In this document: in pieces, positions 57,237-64,000 of the stretch
Position numbering within the stretch: the first letter of the stretch is position 1
Layout: each line of letters opens with the position of its first letter
Assembly (NCBI GenBank): GCA_963727815.1
Contig: CAVSGV010000006.1
Span: 28,541 to 92,540, forward strand
DNA from: an uncultured bacterium
GTDB taxonomy: Bacteria > Margulisbacteria > WOR-1 > CAVSGV01
Direction: 5' to 3'
Length of the DNA: 64,000 nucleotides
Made by a program: the position numbers and the translations under genes
Notes under the pieces: generated by a model
What the model saw: the letters and a program-made list of their open reading frames with translations, nothing else
Told to the model about the DNA's origin: nothing
Database searches by the model: none

Positions 57237-59028
57237 GGAAAAGCAATTTAAGCCACAATTTGTCCAGTATCAAACACGTCCATAATATCGCTGCCCGGAC
57301 CACGTTCAACTGCTTTACAGACAGGTCCCACAGCCATTTTGTCATAGGTTGGGGCTGCTTTTTAGGAACAACCCTGACCCCGCCATTATCATTATCCAGT
57401 GCTTGCTGCACCTCCGGTGAATCAAGCGGCTTTTCGTGTAAAGGGTTCTTCGCCTCAAAATACCTTACTTTGCCGGGATGATCGGGTGTTTTATCGGTAT
57501 ACTTCGCGAAATATCCTATCGAACTTAATTCTTCAGCTGTGTATGGACCGAACAACTTTTTAAGGAATTTCTGGCGGAGCTCTTCCTTGTCCTCTTCGGG
57601 TATCCACTTTTTCTTTTTAAGCTCGGCCATGGAGAAAAAGGATCCTCCCAACAGCGCCCGCATGTAATCATGAAGGAATTTTTGAGCGCTCACTCCATTC
57701 AGCTGCCCATTTGGAAGACCTTGGGTGGTCCCCTCCTTAAATAGGTCCGGGTTCCAATATATTTCATCGACACCACACCTGTCGTTCATGGCGCCAAACT
57801 GGCTTCTCGATTGAAAATCTATCGTATACATCAGATAATCAACAGCATTATTAAGCCCTTCCGGATTTTCTCCGGAGTAACCGAGGTCTATCCCCACCGC
57901 GTATCCCACGTTCGGATTCCTTCTCATGGCCATATAAGGCAGGTTCTCGAATATGCCGCCGTCGATGTGGTTCTCGTCCGGCAGGGCTACAGAAGGAATG
58001 ATCATTCCCCAATCATCCTTTACATCCTCGGCACCAATATTGATCGGCTTGAAGATCACCGGAATGCTCATGCTCGCTCTCACTGCCACAGATACCCTTC
58101 TGTCATATTCATCCACGTCTTCCGGACCGGGTTTCATCATTTTCCACCATTTCGGATCGCAGAAGATGACCGCTTTCGCTTTCTTTCCTACCGGGGTAGT
58201 ATGTCCAGCCTGCGTCGTGCTTCCAGCCGGGGTACGCACGGAAACAGTGAAAAGCGGGATCTTAAGGTCGGAGAAATAAACATCTTTCATGCCGAAAAGA
58301 GCATTATAAATGGCCATTATCCTGTCGCCTTTGATGGGACCTTTGTAGTGCCCAATGTCGGTCAAGGCGCCTTTAATGTCAGGATCGGCAAATTGATGCC
58401 AATCCATTTTCTCTATGATCATTTTCACATTGTTCTTCAGGTTGTCGATCGAGCCCTCCTTGCAGAACGGGCTGGCGAAAAGCGCTCCCGCGGACACGGC
58501 ATAAACAAAATCGGGGAATAAACCCATATCCAGCCATTTTTCGAATACCCACGGATAAATGAATCCCTTTAAAGAACCGCCGCTCGGTAGCCAGGCAAGG
58601 CCGTCGCCCCTTAGATATTTGGCCTTCAGGAACGAAATGAAGATCACCTTTTTTTCCAGATTCATCGACACCCGTTCTTTTCCCTTGTCGTAAGCGATCT
58701 TTATCTCCCTGATATTATTGATGGTCTCCGCGTTTATGTTGTTATCTTTCTGGAAACGCCTCTGTACGCTTTCATAACTCAATGTGTCGAACACGTCCAT
58801 CACAGCCAAATAATCTTTCTTGTTCGCTTTAATGGTCACCAGCAAAGGCTCTGCCCTGTTCACGAAAGGTATGCTTACATGATAGTTGTAGATCCCGGAG
58901 TTCTTTTTGGTTTCTTCGCTGCCAAAACCCGTGAATTCATATTTATTAAAGGTCAAGCCGGTGCTGATGTCCATTTGGAATTCCTTTCCATGCTTACATT
59001 TATCGCCAAAAACGGCCGAATATTTCAC
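57226..59028 (-). CDS. patatin-like phospholipase with long N- and C-terminal extensions
   Basis: Oxyanion-type SGGSLKG, nucleophile elbow AVSAG (GxSxG variant) and catalytic Asp in HIDGGIFENLP. Confidence 0.7.
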   Translation of the reverse strand: MKYSAVFGDKCKHGKEFQMDISTGLTFNKYEFTGFGSEETKKNSGIYNYHVSIPFVNRAEPLLVTIKANKKDYLAVMDVFDTLSYESVQRRFQKDNNINAETINNIREIKIAYDKGKERVSMNLEKKVIFISFLKAKYLRGDGLAWLPSGGSLKGFIYPWVFEKWLDMGLFPDFVYAVSAGALFASPFCKEGSIDNLKNNVKMIIEKMDWHQFADPDIKGALTDIGHYKGPIKGDRIMAIYNALFGMKDVYFSDLKIPLFTVSVRTPAGSTTQAGHTTPVGKKAKAVIFCDPKWWKMMKPGPEDVDEYDRRVSVAVRASMSIPVIFKPINIGAEDVKDDWGMIIPSVALPDENHIDGGIFENLPYMAMRRNPNVGYAVGIDLGYSGENPEGLNNAVDYLMYTIDFQSRSQFGAMNDRCGVDEIYWNPDLFKEGTTQGLPNGQLNGVSAQKFLHDYMRALLGGSFFSMAELKKKKWIPEEDKEELRQKFLKKLFGPYTAEELSSIGYFAKYTDKTPDHPGKVRYFEAKNPLHEKPLDSPEVQQALDNDNGGVRVVPKKQPQPMTKWLWDLSVKQLNVVRAAILWTCLILDKLWLKLLFLKK

Positions 59029-59079
59029 TAAACATAAAATTGACCGTCATTCCGCAAAAAGATATAATGAGCGCTCGAG

Positions 59080-60021
59080 GTGGCTGAATTGGCAAAAAAG
59101 GTTTCAGTTTTCGGCGCGGGCAACGTCGGCGCCGAGGTCGCAAGAAGGATCATCGAAAAGAAGCTCGCTGATGTCGTGCTTGTCGATATTGTCGAGGGGA
59201 TCCCTCAGGGAAAAGCGCTCGACATGCTGCAGTCCGGCCCCGTGGAAGGTTTTGATAATTCGATCATCGGCACGAACGATCCGTCATTGATAAAAGGTTC
59301 TGACGTCGTCGTCGTCACCGCCGGCCTTGCCAGAAAACCCGGAATGAGCAGGGACGATCTTCAGGCGATGAACGCGAAGATAATCAAGGGCATAACCGAG
59401 AACATTAGGGATTTTTCTCCGGATTCGATGATCATCATGGTCACAAATCCTCTTGATGTCATGACGTATCTGGCCTGGAAAGTCAGCGGATTTGACAGGA
59501 AAAAAGTTTTCGGGATGGCCGGGGAGCTGGATACCGCAAGGATGATAGCTTTTATCTCGATGGAGCTGAAGGTCCCCGCATCAAAGATAAAAGCCATGGT
59601 CCTTGGAGGACATGGTGATCTGATGGTCCCTCTCGCCAGCCAGACTAGCGTGAACGGGAAACCTCTCTCTCAATTAATGACAAAAGAAAAGATACAGGAA
59701 TTGATAACTAGGACCGCCAACGGCGGCGCCGAGATAGTAAATCTTCTCAAGACCGGCAGCGCCTATTACGCGCCTTCGGCTTCGGCGGTGAAAATGGTGG
59801 AAGCTGTTATCAGGAACACCGGCATGATCATTCCAAGCGCAGTGATACTCGATGGCGAATACGGATTGAAAGATGTCTGCATCGGAGTGCCGGCCAGGAT
59901 AGGAAAGAACGGCGTTGAAAAAGTCATCGAGCTGAAACTCCCCGACGAAGACAGGCTGATGCTTGAAAGGTCCGCGAACTCGGTAAAAGAGAATATCGCG
60001 AAGCTAATGGTGTCACCCTGA
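59080..60021 (+). CDS. mdh: malate dehydrogenase (LDH-like MDH)
   Basis: VFGAGNVGA Rossmann motif, MVTNPLDVMTY and GGHGDLMVPL. A TTG at 59089 behind GAGGTGG is an alternative start. The last codons and the stop lie inside REP copy 6. Confidence 0.9.
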   Translation: MAELAKKVSVFGAGNVGAEVARRIIEKKLADVVLVDIVEGIPQGKALDMLQSGPVEGFDNSIIGTNDPSLIKGSDVVVVTAGLARKPGMSRDDLQAMNAKIIKGITENIRDFSPDSMIIMVTNPLDVMTYLAWKVSGFDRKKVFGMAGELDTARMIAFISMELKVPASKIKAMVLGGHGDLMVPLASQTSVNGKPLSQLMTKEKIQELITRTANGGAEIVNLLKTGSAYYAPSASAVKMVEAVIRNTGMIIPSAVILDGEYGLKDVCIGVPARIGKNGVEKVIELKLPDEDRLMLERSANSVKENIAKLMVSP

Positions 60022-60078
60022 GCGTAGCGAAGGGTCTGTATTTTAAAAATGCAGATTCTTCACTTCGTTCAGAATGAC
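60012..60078. repeat. REP-like inverted-repeat element, copy 6
   Basis: gtcaccctgagcgtagcgaagggtctg (60012-60038) and cagattcttcacttcgttcagaatgac (60052-60078). Confidence 0.85.
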
Positions 60079-60089
60079 AAAAGGAAACT

Positions 60090-60932
60090 ATGAGAGATAT
60101 CGAAGCAAAGAAAATATCCGACACGGTCCGCGACCTTGCGATACAGGCCAACTACGAGCTGTCCGATGACTTGGTTTACGCTCTCAACGAAGCCCTCAAA
60201 AAAGAAAAGTCTCCGAACGGAAGAGAGGTCCTCCGCCAGCTGATAAAGAACGCTGACATTGCCAGGAAAGAAAGATATCCCATCTGCCAGGACACCGGCC
60301 TTGCGCTCGTGTTCCTCGAGATAGGCCAGGATGCGAGGATAACGGGCGGGAACATCACTGAGGCCGTCAATGAGGGCGTAAGCAGGGGCTACAAGGAAGG
60401 CTATCTCAGGAAGTCCGTGGTCAACGATCCGTTCATCAGAAAAAACACAAGCGATAACACTCCGGCTATAATTCATACTGATATTGTTGCCGGCGATAAG
60501 ATCAAGATAACTTTCATGGCGAAAGGCGGCGGCTGCGAGAACGTGGGAGCCTACAGAATGTTCAAGCCGGGCGCGTCGCGTGATGAGATCGAACAGTTCG
60601 TCATTGATACGATCAAGTCGGCTGGAGCGAACCCCTGCCCTCCCGTGATAGTGGGCATCGGCATAGGCGGCAATCAGGAGAGATCGGCTTATCTCGCCAA
60701 GAAAGCTCTATTAAGGGCAGTGGGCAAGTTCAGCAGCGGCAAGGATACGTCGGCAATGGAGAAAGAGATACTTTCAAAGATCAACGCGCTGGGGATCGGG
60801 CCCGAGGGTCTCGGAGGCGTCATCACCGCAATGGCCGTCCACATAGAGACCGCGCCGTCCCACATCGCAAGCCTTCCCGTGACGGTGTCCGTTGACTGCC
60901 ACGCTCACAGGGTGAAGGAGGCCGTCATCTGA
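60090..60932 (+). CDS. class I Fe-S fumarate hydratase / hydro-lyase, alpha subunit
   Basis: PICQDTG, GGGCEN and the overall TtdA/FumA N-terminal domain pattern. A beta subunit follows with an ATGA-type overlap. Confidence 0.9.
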   Translation: MRDIEAKKISDTVRDLAIQANYELSDDLVYALNEALKKEKSPNGREVLRQLIKNADIARKERYPICQDTGLALVFLEIGQDARITGGNITEAVNEGVSRGYKEGYLRKSVVNDPFIRKNTSDNTPAIIHTDIVAGDKIKITFMAKGGGCENVGAYRMFKPGASRDEIEQFVIDTIKSAGANPCPPVIVGIGIGGNQERSAYLAKKALLRAVGKFSSGKDTSAMEKEILSKINALGIGPEGLGGVITAMAVHIETAPSHIASLPVTVSVDCHAHRVKEAVI

Positions 60933-61480
60933 TGGAAGAAAAAAAGATAACACTGCCGATAACCGACAAGGATATCAAGTCATTAAAGACAGGTGATCGA
61001 GTGCTCCTGACCGGAACTCTTTACACCGCAAGGGATGCAGCGCACAAGAGACTGTTGATGGACATGAAGAAGCCTCCGCTTAAGCTGAAAGACCAGATCA
61101 TATATTACAGCGGGCCAACTCCCGCCATGCCCGGAAGGCCCATCGGTTCGGCTGGTCCAACCACTGCCGGCAGAATGGACGGGTTCACTCCGGCAATGCT
61201 GAAAGCCGGTATAAAGGGAATGATAGGCAAAGGTTCCAGGTCAAAAGAAGTCCGTGATCTGTTAAAGAAATACAAGGCAGTTTATTTCGTGGCGACAGGC
61301 GGCGCGGGTGCTCTTCTCGCGAAGCACATAAAGTCCGCAAGCGTGGTCGCTTACCCCGACCTCGGCCCCGAAGCGATATACGAGCTGAAGGTGGTGGATT
61401 TTCCCGTGATCGTCGCGGACGACATCAAGGGGAACGACATTTTTGAACAGGGAGTCAAGAAATACAGGAGGAAGGTGTAA
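60932..61480 (+). CDS. class I Fe-S fumarate hydratase / hydro-lyase, beta subunit
   Basis: LTGTLYTARDAAHKRL...GPTTAGRMD...IGKG is typical of the TtdB/FumA C-terminal domain. Confidence 0.9.
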   Translation: MEEKKITLPITDKDIKSLKTGDRVLLTGTLYTARDAAHKRLLMDMKKPPLKLKDQIIYYSGPTPAMPGRPIGSAGPTTAGRMDGFTPAMLKAGIKGMIGKGSRSKEVRDLLKKYKAVYFVATGGAGALLAKHIKSASVVAYPDLGPEAIYELKVVDFPVIVADDIKGNDIFEQGVKKYRRKV

Positions 61481-61481
61481 A

Positions 61482-62456
61482 ATGTCAAAACCCAAAATCC
61501 AAAATCCAAATAAATCAAAGCAAATATCCAAATATTTTATTATTTTGATTTTGACATTAATTTGTCATTTGTCATTTGTAATTTGGAATTACTCTTTTGC
61601 TTCAGCAAAAGAGTACGACGGTGCCTGGTTCCTCGGCTTCAATGAGAAAACGCAGTTGTTCGGCGATGAGAACAGCAAGGTAGTCCGTCAGGCCGTCACA
61701 ATTGCCATCGACAGGGACAAAATTGCGAAAAAAATAGTGGGCGATGATACCGTCCCGGCCGGGATCATTCCTCCCGGCATGGAGGGTTATGATCCTTCGC
61801 TTTCCGCGTATCCACACGATATCGGGCTGGCAAAAAAAATGATGAGATCGTCCGGCTATTCCCTGAGCGATAAAAGGCTGAAACATATTTCGTTGCTCAT
61901 GACGGATGGCGTAAAGACAAAACTGATAGTCGATGAGATAAAAATGGACCTCATCAATCTGGGATTCGACATCACGACCACTACCGTGAAATATTCGAAT
62001 ACCACCGCCTGGCAGAAGGCGCTGACATCGGGCAGGTATGACATGTTCGTCATGGGATACAAGGCCGGGGACGTGGGAGAAATATTCATAGCCGACAAGT
62101 CCACCGGGCTGTTCCACACTTTCAACTGCTTCAAGAACTCCACGAACGAAGCCGATCAGGCGTTCTTTGACAGGTATGAAGACGCGGTAAAAGCGGGTTT
62201 TTCGCCCGATCCCGTCTGCAACCCGCAGCCTGAAAAAGAGCCGAAGACCCTGGACCTGCTGAGGCCGCTTTTCTATACAAAAGAAGACGCGAACGTATCT
62301 AATTTCAGCGAAAAGAGAGTGGACATCCTCCTTGAGGAGCTCTCCACCACCGATGAAAAGCTAATCGCCACAAGGAAAGACAAGTTCGAAGAGATAGGAA
62401 GGATAATTCTTGAGGAATGCCCCGTGGTTCCTCTTTTTTACATCACCAGGCTATGA
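61482..62456 (+). CDS. family-5 ABC substrate-binding-protein-like protein lacking the usual N-terminal lobe
   Basis: VRQAVTIAIDRDKIAKKIVGD.TVPAGIIPPGMEGYDP...AKKMMRSSGY resembles the middle and C-terminal parts of peptide/nickel SBPs. ATG at 61482 follows AGGAGGAAGG. The N-terminal 40 codons are low-complexity repeat DNA. Confidence 0.5.
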   Translation: MSKPKIQNPNKSKQISKYFIILILTLICHLSFVIWNYSFASAKEYDGAWFLGFNEKTQLFGDENSKVVRQAVTIAIDRDKIAKKIVGDDTVPAGIIPPGMEGYDPSLSAYPHDIGLAKKMMRSSGYSLSDKRLKHISLLMTDGVKTKLIVDEIKMDLINLGFDITTTTVKYSNTTAWQKALTSGRYDMFVMGYKAGDVGEIFIADKSTGLFHTFNCFKNSTNEADQAFFDRYEDAVKAGFSPDPVCNPQPEKEPKTLDLLRPLFYTKEDANVSNFSEKRVDILLEELSTTDEKLIATRKDKFEEIGRIILEECPVVPLFYITRL

Positions 62457-62677
62457 ACCAGATCGACCAATATTTTAAAGTAAAAAAAACGGAAGTTTCC
62501 TTCATCTGCACATACATGGAAGCTTTCGAAGGTATGGCGGCCGTACGGACCCCGGACCCGAAATACGGCGACGATGCCGTGCTTCACTTCATGGTATCGC
62601 CCGATTTTATCGGACAGTTCGATGAACTTATCGGCGTGCTTCAGAAAGACATCCCGATGGAAAAGGTCGAGCCTTGA
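62453..62677 (+). CDS. small conserved-looking hypothetical protein (74 aa)
   Basis: MNQIDQYFKVKKTEVSFICTYMEAFEGMAAVRT.... ATGA overlap with the upstream stop and a 4-nt overlap with the HAD gene. Confidence 0.4.
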   Translation: MNQIDQYFKVKKTEVSFICTYMEAFEGMAAVRTPDPKYGDDAVLHFMVSPDFIGQFDELIGVLQKDIPMEKVEP

Positions 62678-63174
62678 ACATATTCTATCCCAATGAACAC
62701 AAGAGGACCGTTCAGGACATCGACCTCGTGAAACTCAAGTCGATGGGGATCATCAACCTTATCGTGGACCTGGATGAGACCCTAAGAAAAAGGAACGCGG
62801 ACTTCATTCCGGAATCATCGGTGAACTGGCTTCACAGCGTCCGGAACAGCGGTTTCAAAGTATGCATCACATCCAATAATCCGTTCAGCTGGAAGCTTAA
62901 GGAGATCGAAAAGCGGCTCGGCGTTCCGGTAAGTCTTCTCGCATTGAAACCCTTGCCTCTCGCCTTCCATCACGCGATGAAACTATTGGGGTCAAATAAG
63001 TCGAATACCGCTTTCATCGGCGACCAGCTCTTTACCGATATCATGGGAGCGAATATTGTCGGGCTGTATTCGATACTCGTCGACCCGATAACTGGAGCGG
63101 AAAAAGGGATCTTCAGGCGGATGATGCGCTGGCTGGAAGAGAGGATATTCCCGAGGGTCAACCTCGATCTTTAG
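62674..63174 (+). CDS. YqeG-type HAD-IIIA phosphatase
   Basis: HAD motif I VDLDETL, motif II ITSNN and motif III/IV GDQLFTDIMGAN. 166 aa. Confidence 0.75.
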   Translation: MNIFYPNEHKRTVQDIDLVKLKSMGIINLIVDLDETLRKRNADFIPESSVNWLHSVRNSGFKVCITSNNPFSWKLKEIEKRLGVPVSLLALKPLPLAFHHAMKLLGSNKSNTAFIGDQLFTDIMGANIVGLYSILVDPITGAEKGIFRRMMRWLEERIFPRVNLDL

Positions 63175-63176
63175 TT

Positions 63177-63272
63177 GTCATTCTGAGAGAGCAAAGCGAA
63201 CGAAGAATCTGACTTTGCAAAACGATGCACCAAAGTTGTCATTCTGAGGGAGTAAAACGACCGAAGAATCTG
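63177..63272. repeat. REP-like arms, copies 7a and 7b (direct orientation)
   Basis: gtcattctgagagagcaaagcgaacgaagaatctg (63177-63211) and gtcattctgagggagtaaaacgaccgaagaatctg (63238-63272). Confidence 0.8.
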
Positions 63273-63284
63273 CCTTCTATATCG

Positions 63285-63563
63285 TCACAATTGATCGCTT
63301 AAGTCGTTCCATTCAGGATTTGATAATTCAATAAGAGCTATTTTCTTTTGCCTGGTCCAGCCTTTTATTTGCTTCTCCCTGACAATTGCATCTCTTGGCA
63401 AATTAAATTCCTCAAGATAGACAAACGTTTTAATATGATACCTGGATGTAAATCCGATATCCCCTGATTTATGTTGTTGGAGTCTTCTGATAATATTGCT
63501 GGTAATACCCGTATACAATGTTCTTGATCTATTCGACATAATATATACATGATATTTTTTCAT
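63285..63563 (-). CDS. GIY-YIG nuclease family protein (92 aa)
   Basis: YHVYIMSNRSRTLYTGITSNIIRRLQQHK...REKQIKGWTRQKK is the canonical small GIY-YIG (UPF0213-like) pattern. Confidence 0.85.
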   Translation of the reverse strand: MKKYHVYIMSNRSRTLYTGITSNIIRRLQQHKSGDIGFTSRYHIKTFVYLEEFNLPRDAIVREKQIKGWTRQKKIALIELSNPEWNDLSDQL

Positions 63564-63568
63564 AAAGG

Positions 63569-63596
63569 CAGACCCTTCGCCTCGGCTCAGGGTGAC
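63569..63596. repeat. REP-like arm, copy 8 (inverted relative to 7a/7b)
   Basis: cagacccttcgcctcggctcagggtgac, on the other side of the GIY-YIG gene. Confidence 0.8.
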
Positions 63597-63605
63597 AACT
63601 GCACG

Positions 63606-64000
63606 TCAGCTCAAACCTTTAAGCGACTGCTTTATTATGTCCTCCGTGCCTTTCACCTTCGTGAAATCTATTCCGGACCTCATTATGGCTTCTCTTGCTT
63701 CTTTGGGAGTGTAGCCGAGCGTCATGAGCGCCTCTATCGCGTCTGAAATTATCGGCTCCTCGGTAGGCAGCCCCTTCTTGCTTTCTCCGGTGGATATCGC
63801 GTAAGCCTTGCCCACTTTTTCCTTGAGCTCGATGACAAGCTTCTGCGCGGTCTTGAGGCCGATGCCGGGAACCGTGGTGATGAGGTCGATGCTCCCTTTT
63901 GCTATGGCGATGACAAGGTCCTCCATTTTTATGCCGGAGAGAAGTCCGATGGCGCTCTTGGGGCCGATGCCGGAAACGGAAAGGAGCATCGAGAACAATC
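63606..64000 (-). CDS. ruvA: Holliday junction DNA helicase RuvA, C-terminal two-thirds (5' end beyond the window)
   Basis: HhH motifs SVSGIGPKSAIGLLS and VPGIGLKTAQKLVIELK, plus C-terminal domain III ALMTLGYTPKEAREAI. Confidence 0.9.
   Translation of the reverse strand, partial: LFSMLLSVSGIGPKSAIGLLSGIKMEDLVIAIAKGSIDLITTVPGIGLKTAQKLVIELKEKVGKAYAISTGESKKGLPTEEPIISDAIEALMTLGYTPKEAREAIMRSGIDFTKVKGTEDIIKQSLKGLS

Noticed and set aside
61443-61481. Upstream extension of the SBP-like ORF (MNRESRNTGGRCK...).
   Set aside because: It overlaps the end of the fumarase beta gene. The ATG at 61482 has a strong AGGAGGAAGG RBS, so the extension is probably not translated.

Overview
This 64-kb window looks like it comes from an uncultivated diderm bacterium with moderate GC (judged by eye; no computation was possible). 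I recognised no rRNA, tRNA, CRISPR array or reverse transcriptase. The backbone carries an ABC-2 exporter, trxB, trkH/trkA-type K+ uptake, gatCAB, tsaD, a radical-SAM gene, lpdA, lipA, an aminotransferase, pdxA, rsmA, a patatin-like lipase, mdh, a two-subunit class I fumarase, a YqeG-type HAD phosphatase and the 3' part of ruvA. The main backbone feature is a very long minus-strand Pho block: phoB-phoR | porin-pstS-pstC-pstA-pstB-phoU-ppx-two thymidylate-kinase-like genes-[island]-102-aa ORF-second phoU-arsC-flavodoxin. Arrays of GTTACA-type hexamers with 11-bp spacing lie in front of pstS and of the porin gene. Five things deserve a second look. (1) A roughly 10.56-kb, visibly AT-rich integrated element (about 6742-17300) ends in a large serine recombinase and sits in the 3' end of one Tmk-like gene. 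The displaced native C-terminus and its ATGA coupling to the next gene are still readable at the left junction. Its cargo is a PIN-like pair, a proteasome-beta/HslV-like gene coupled to a GIY-YIG-like gene, a 333-aa unknown, a SpoVG-like gene, a decayed rolling-circle Rep, an excisionase-type HTH and a type IIG restriction-modification enzyme. (2) Inside that element is a perfect 383-bp poly(A) run (9143-9525). It is either a serious assembly artefact or something without precedent. (3) Two divergent proteins have a nucleoside-diphosphate-kinase-like fold (400 aa with the catalytic His retained; 885 aa, membrane-anchored, with His replaced by Tyr). They lie in a block of unknown membrane proteins. 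(4) A dispersed REP-like inverted-repeat family (GTCAYYCTGAGCGAAGCGAAGAATCTG type) occurs at eight or more intergenic sites, and at one site its arms enclose a small GIY-YIG nuclease gene. (5) At least a dozen single-base frame disruptions, mostly at short homopolymers, hit essential genes (gatC, gatB, pdxA) as well as accessory ones. This points to indel errors in the assembly, so pseudogene calls and the poly(A) tract should be read with that in mind.
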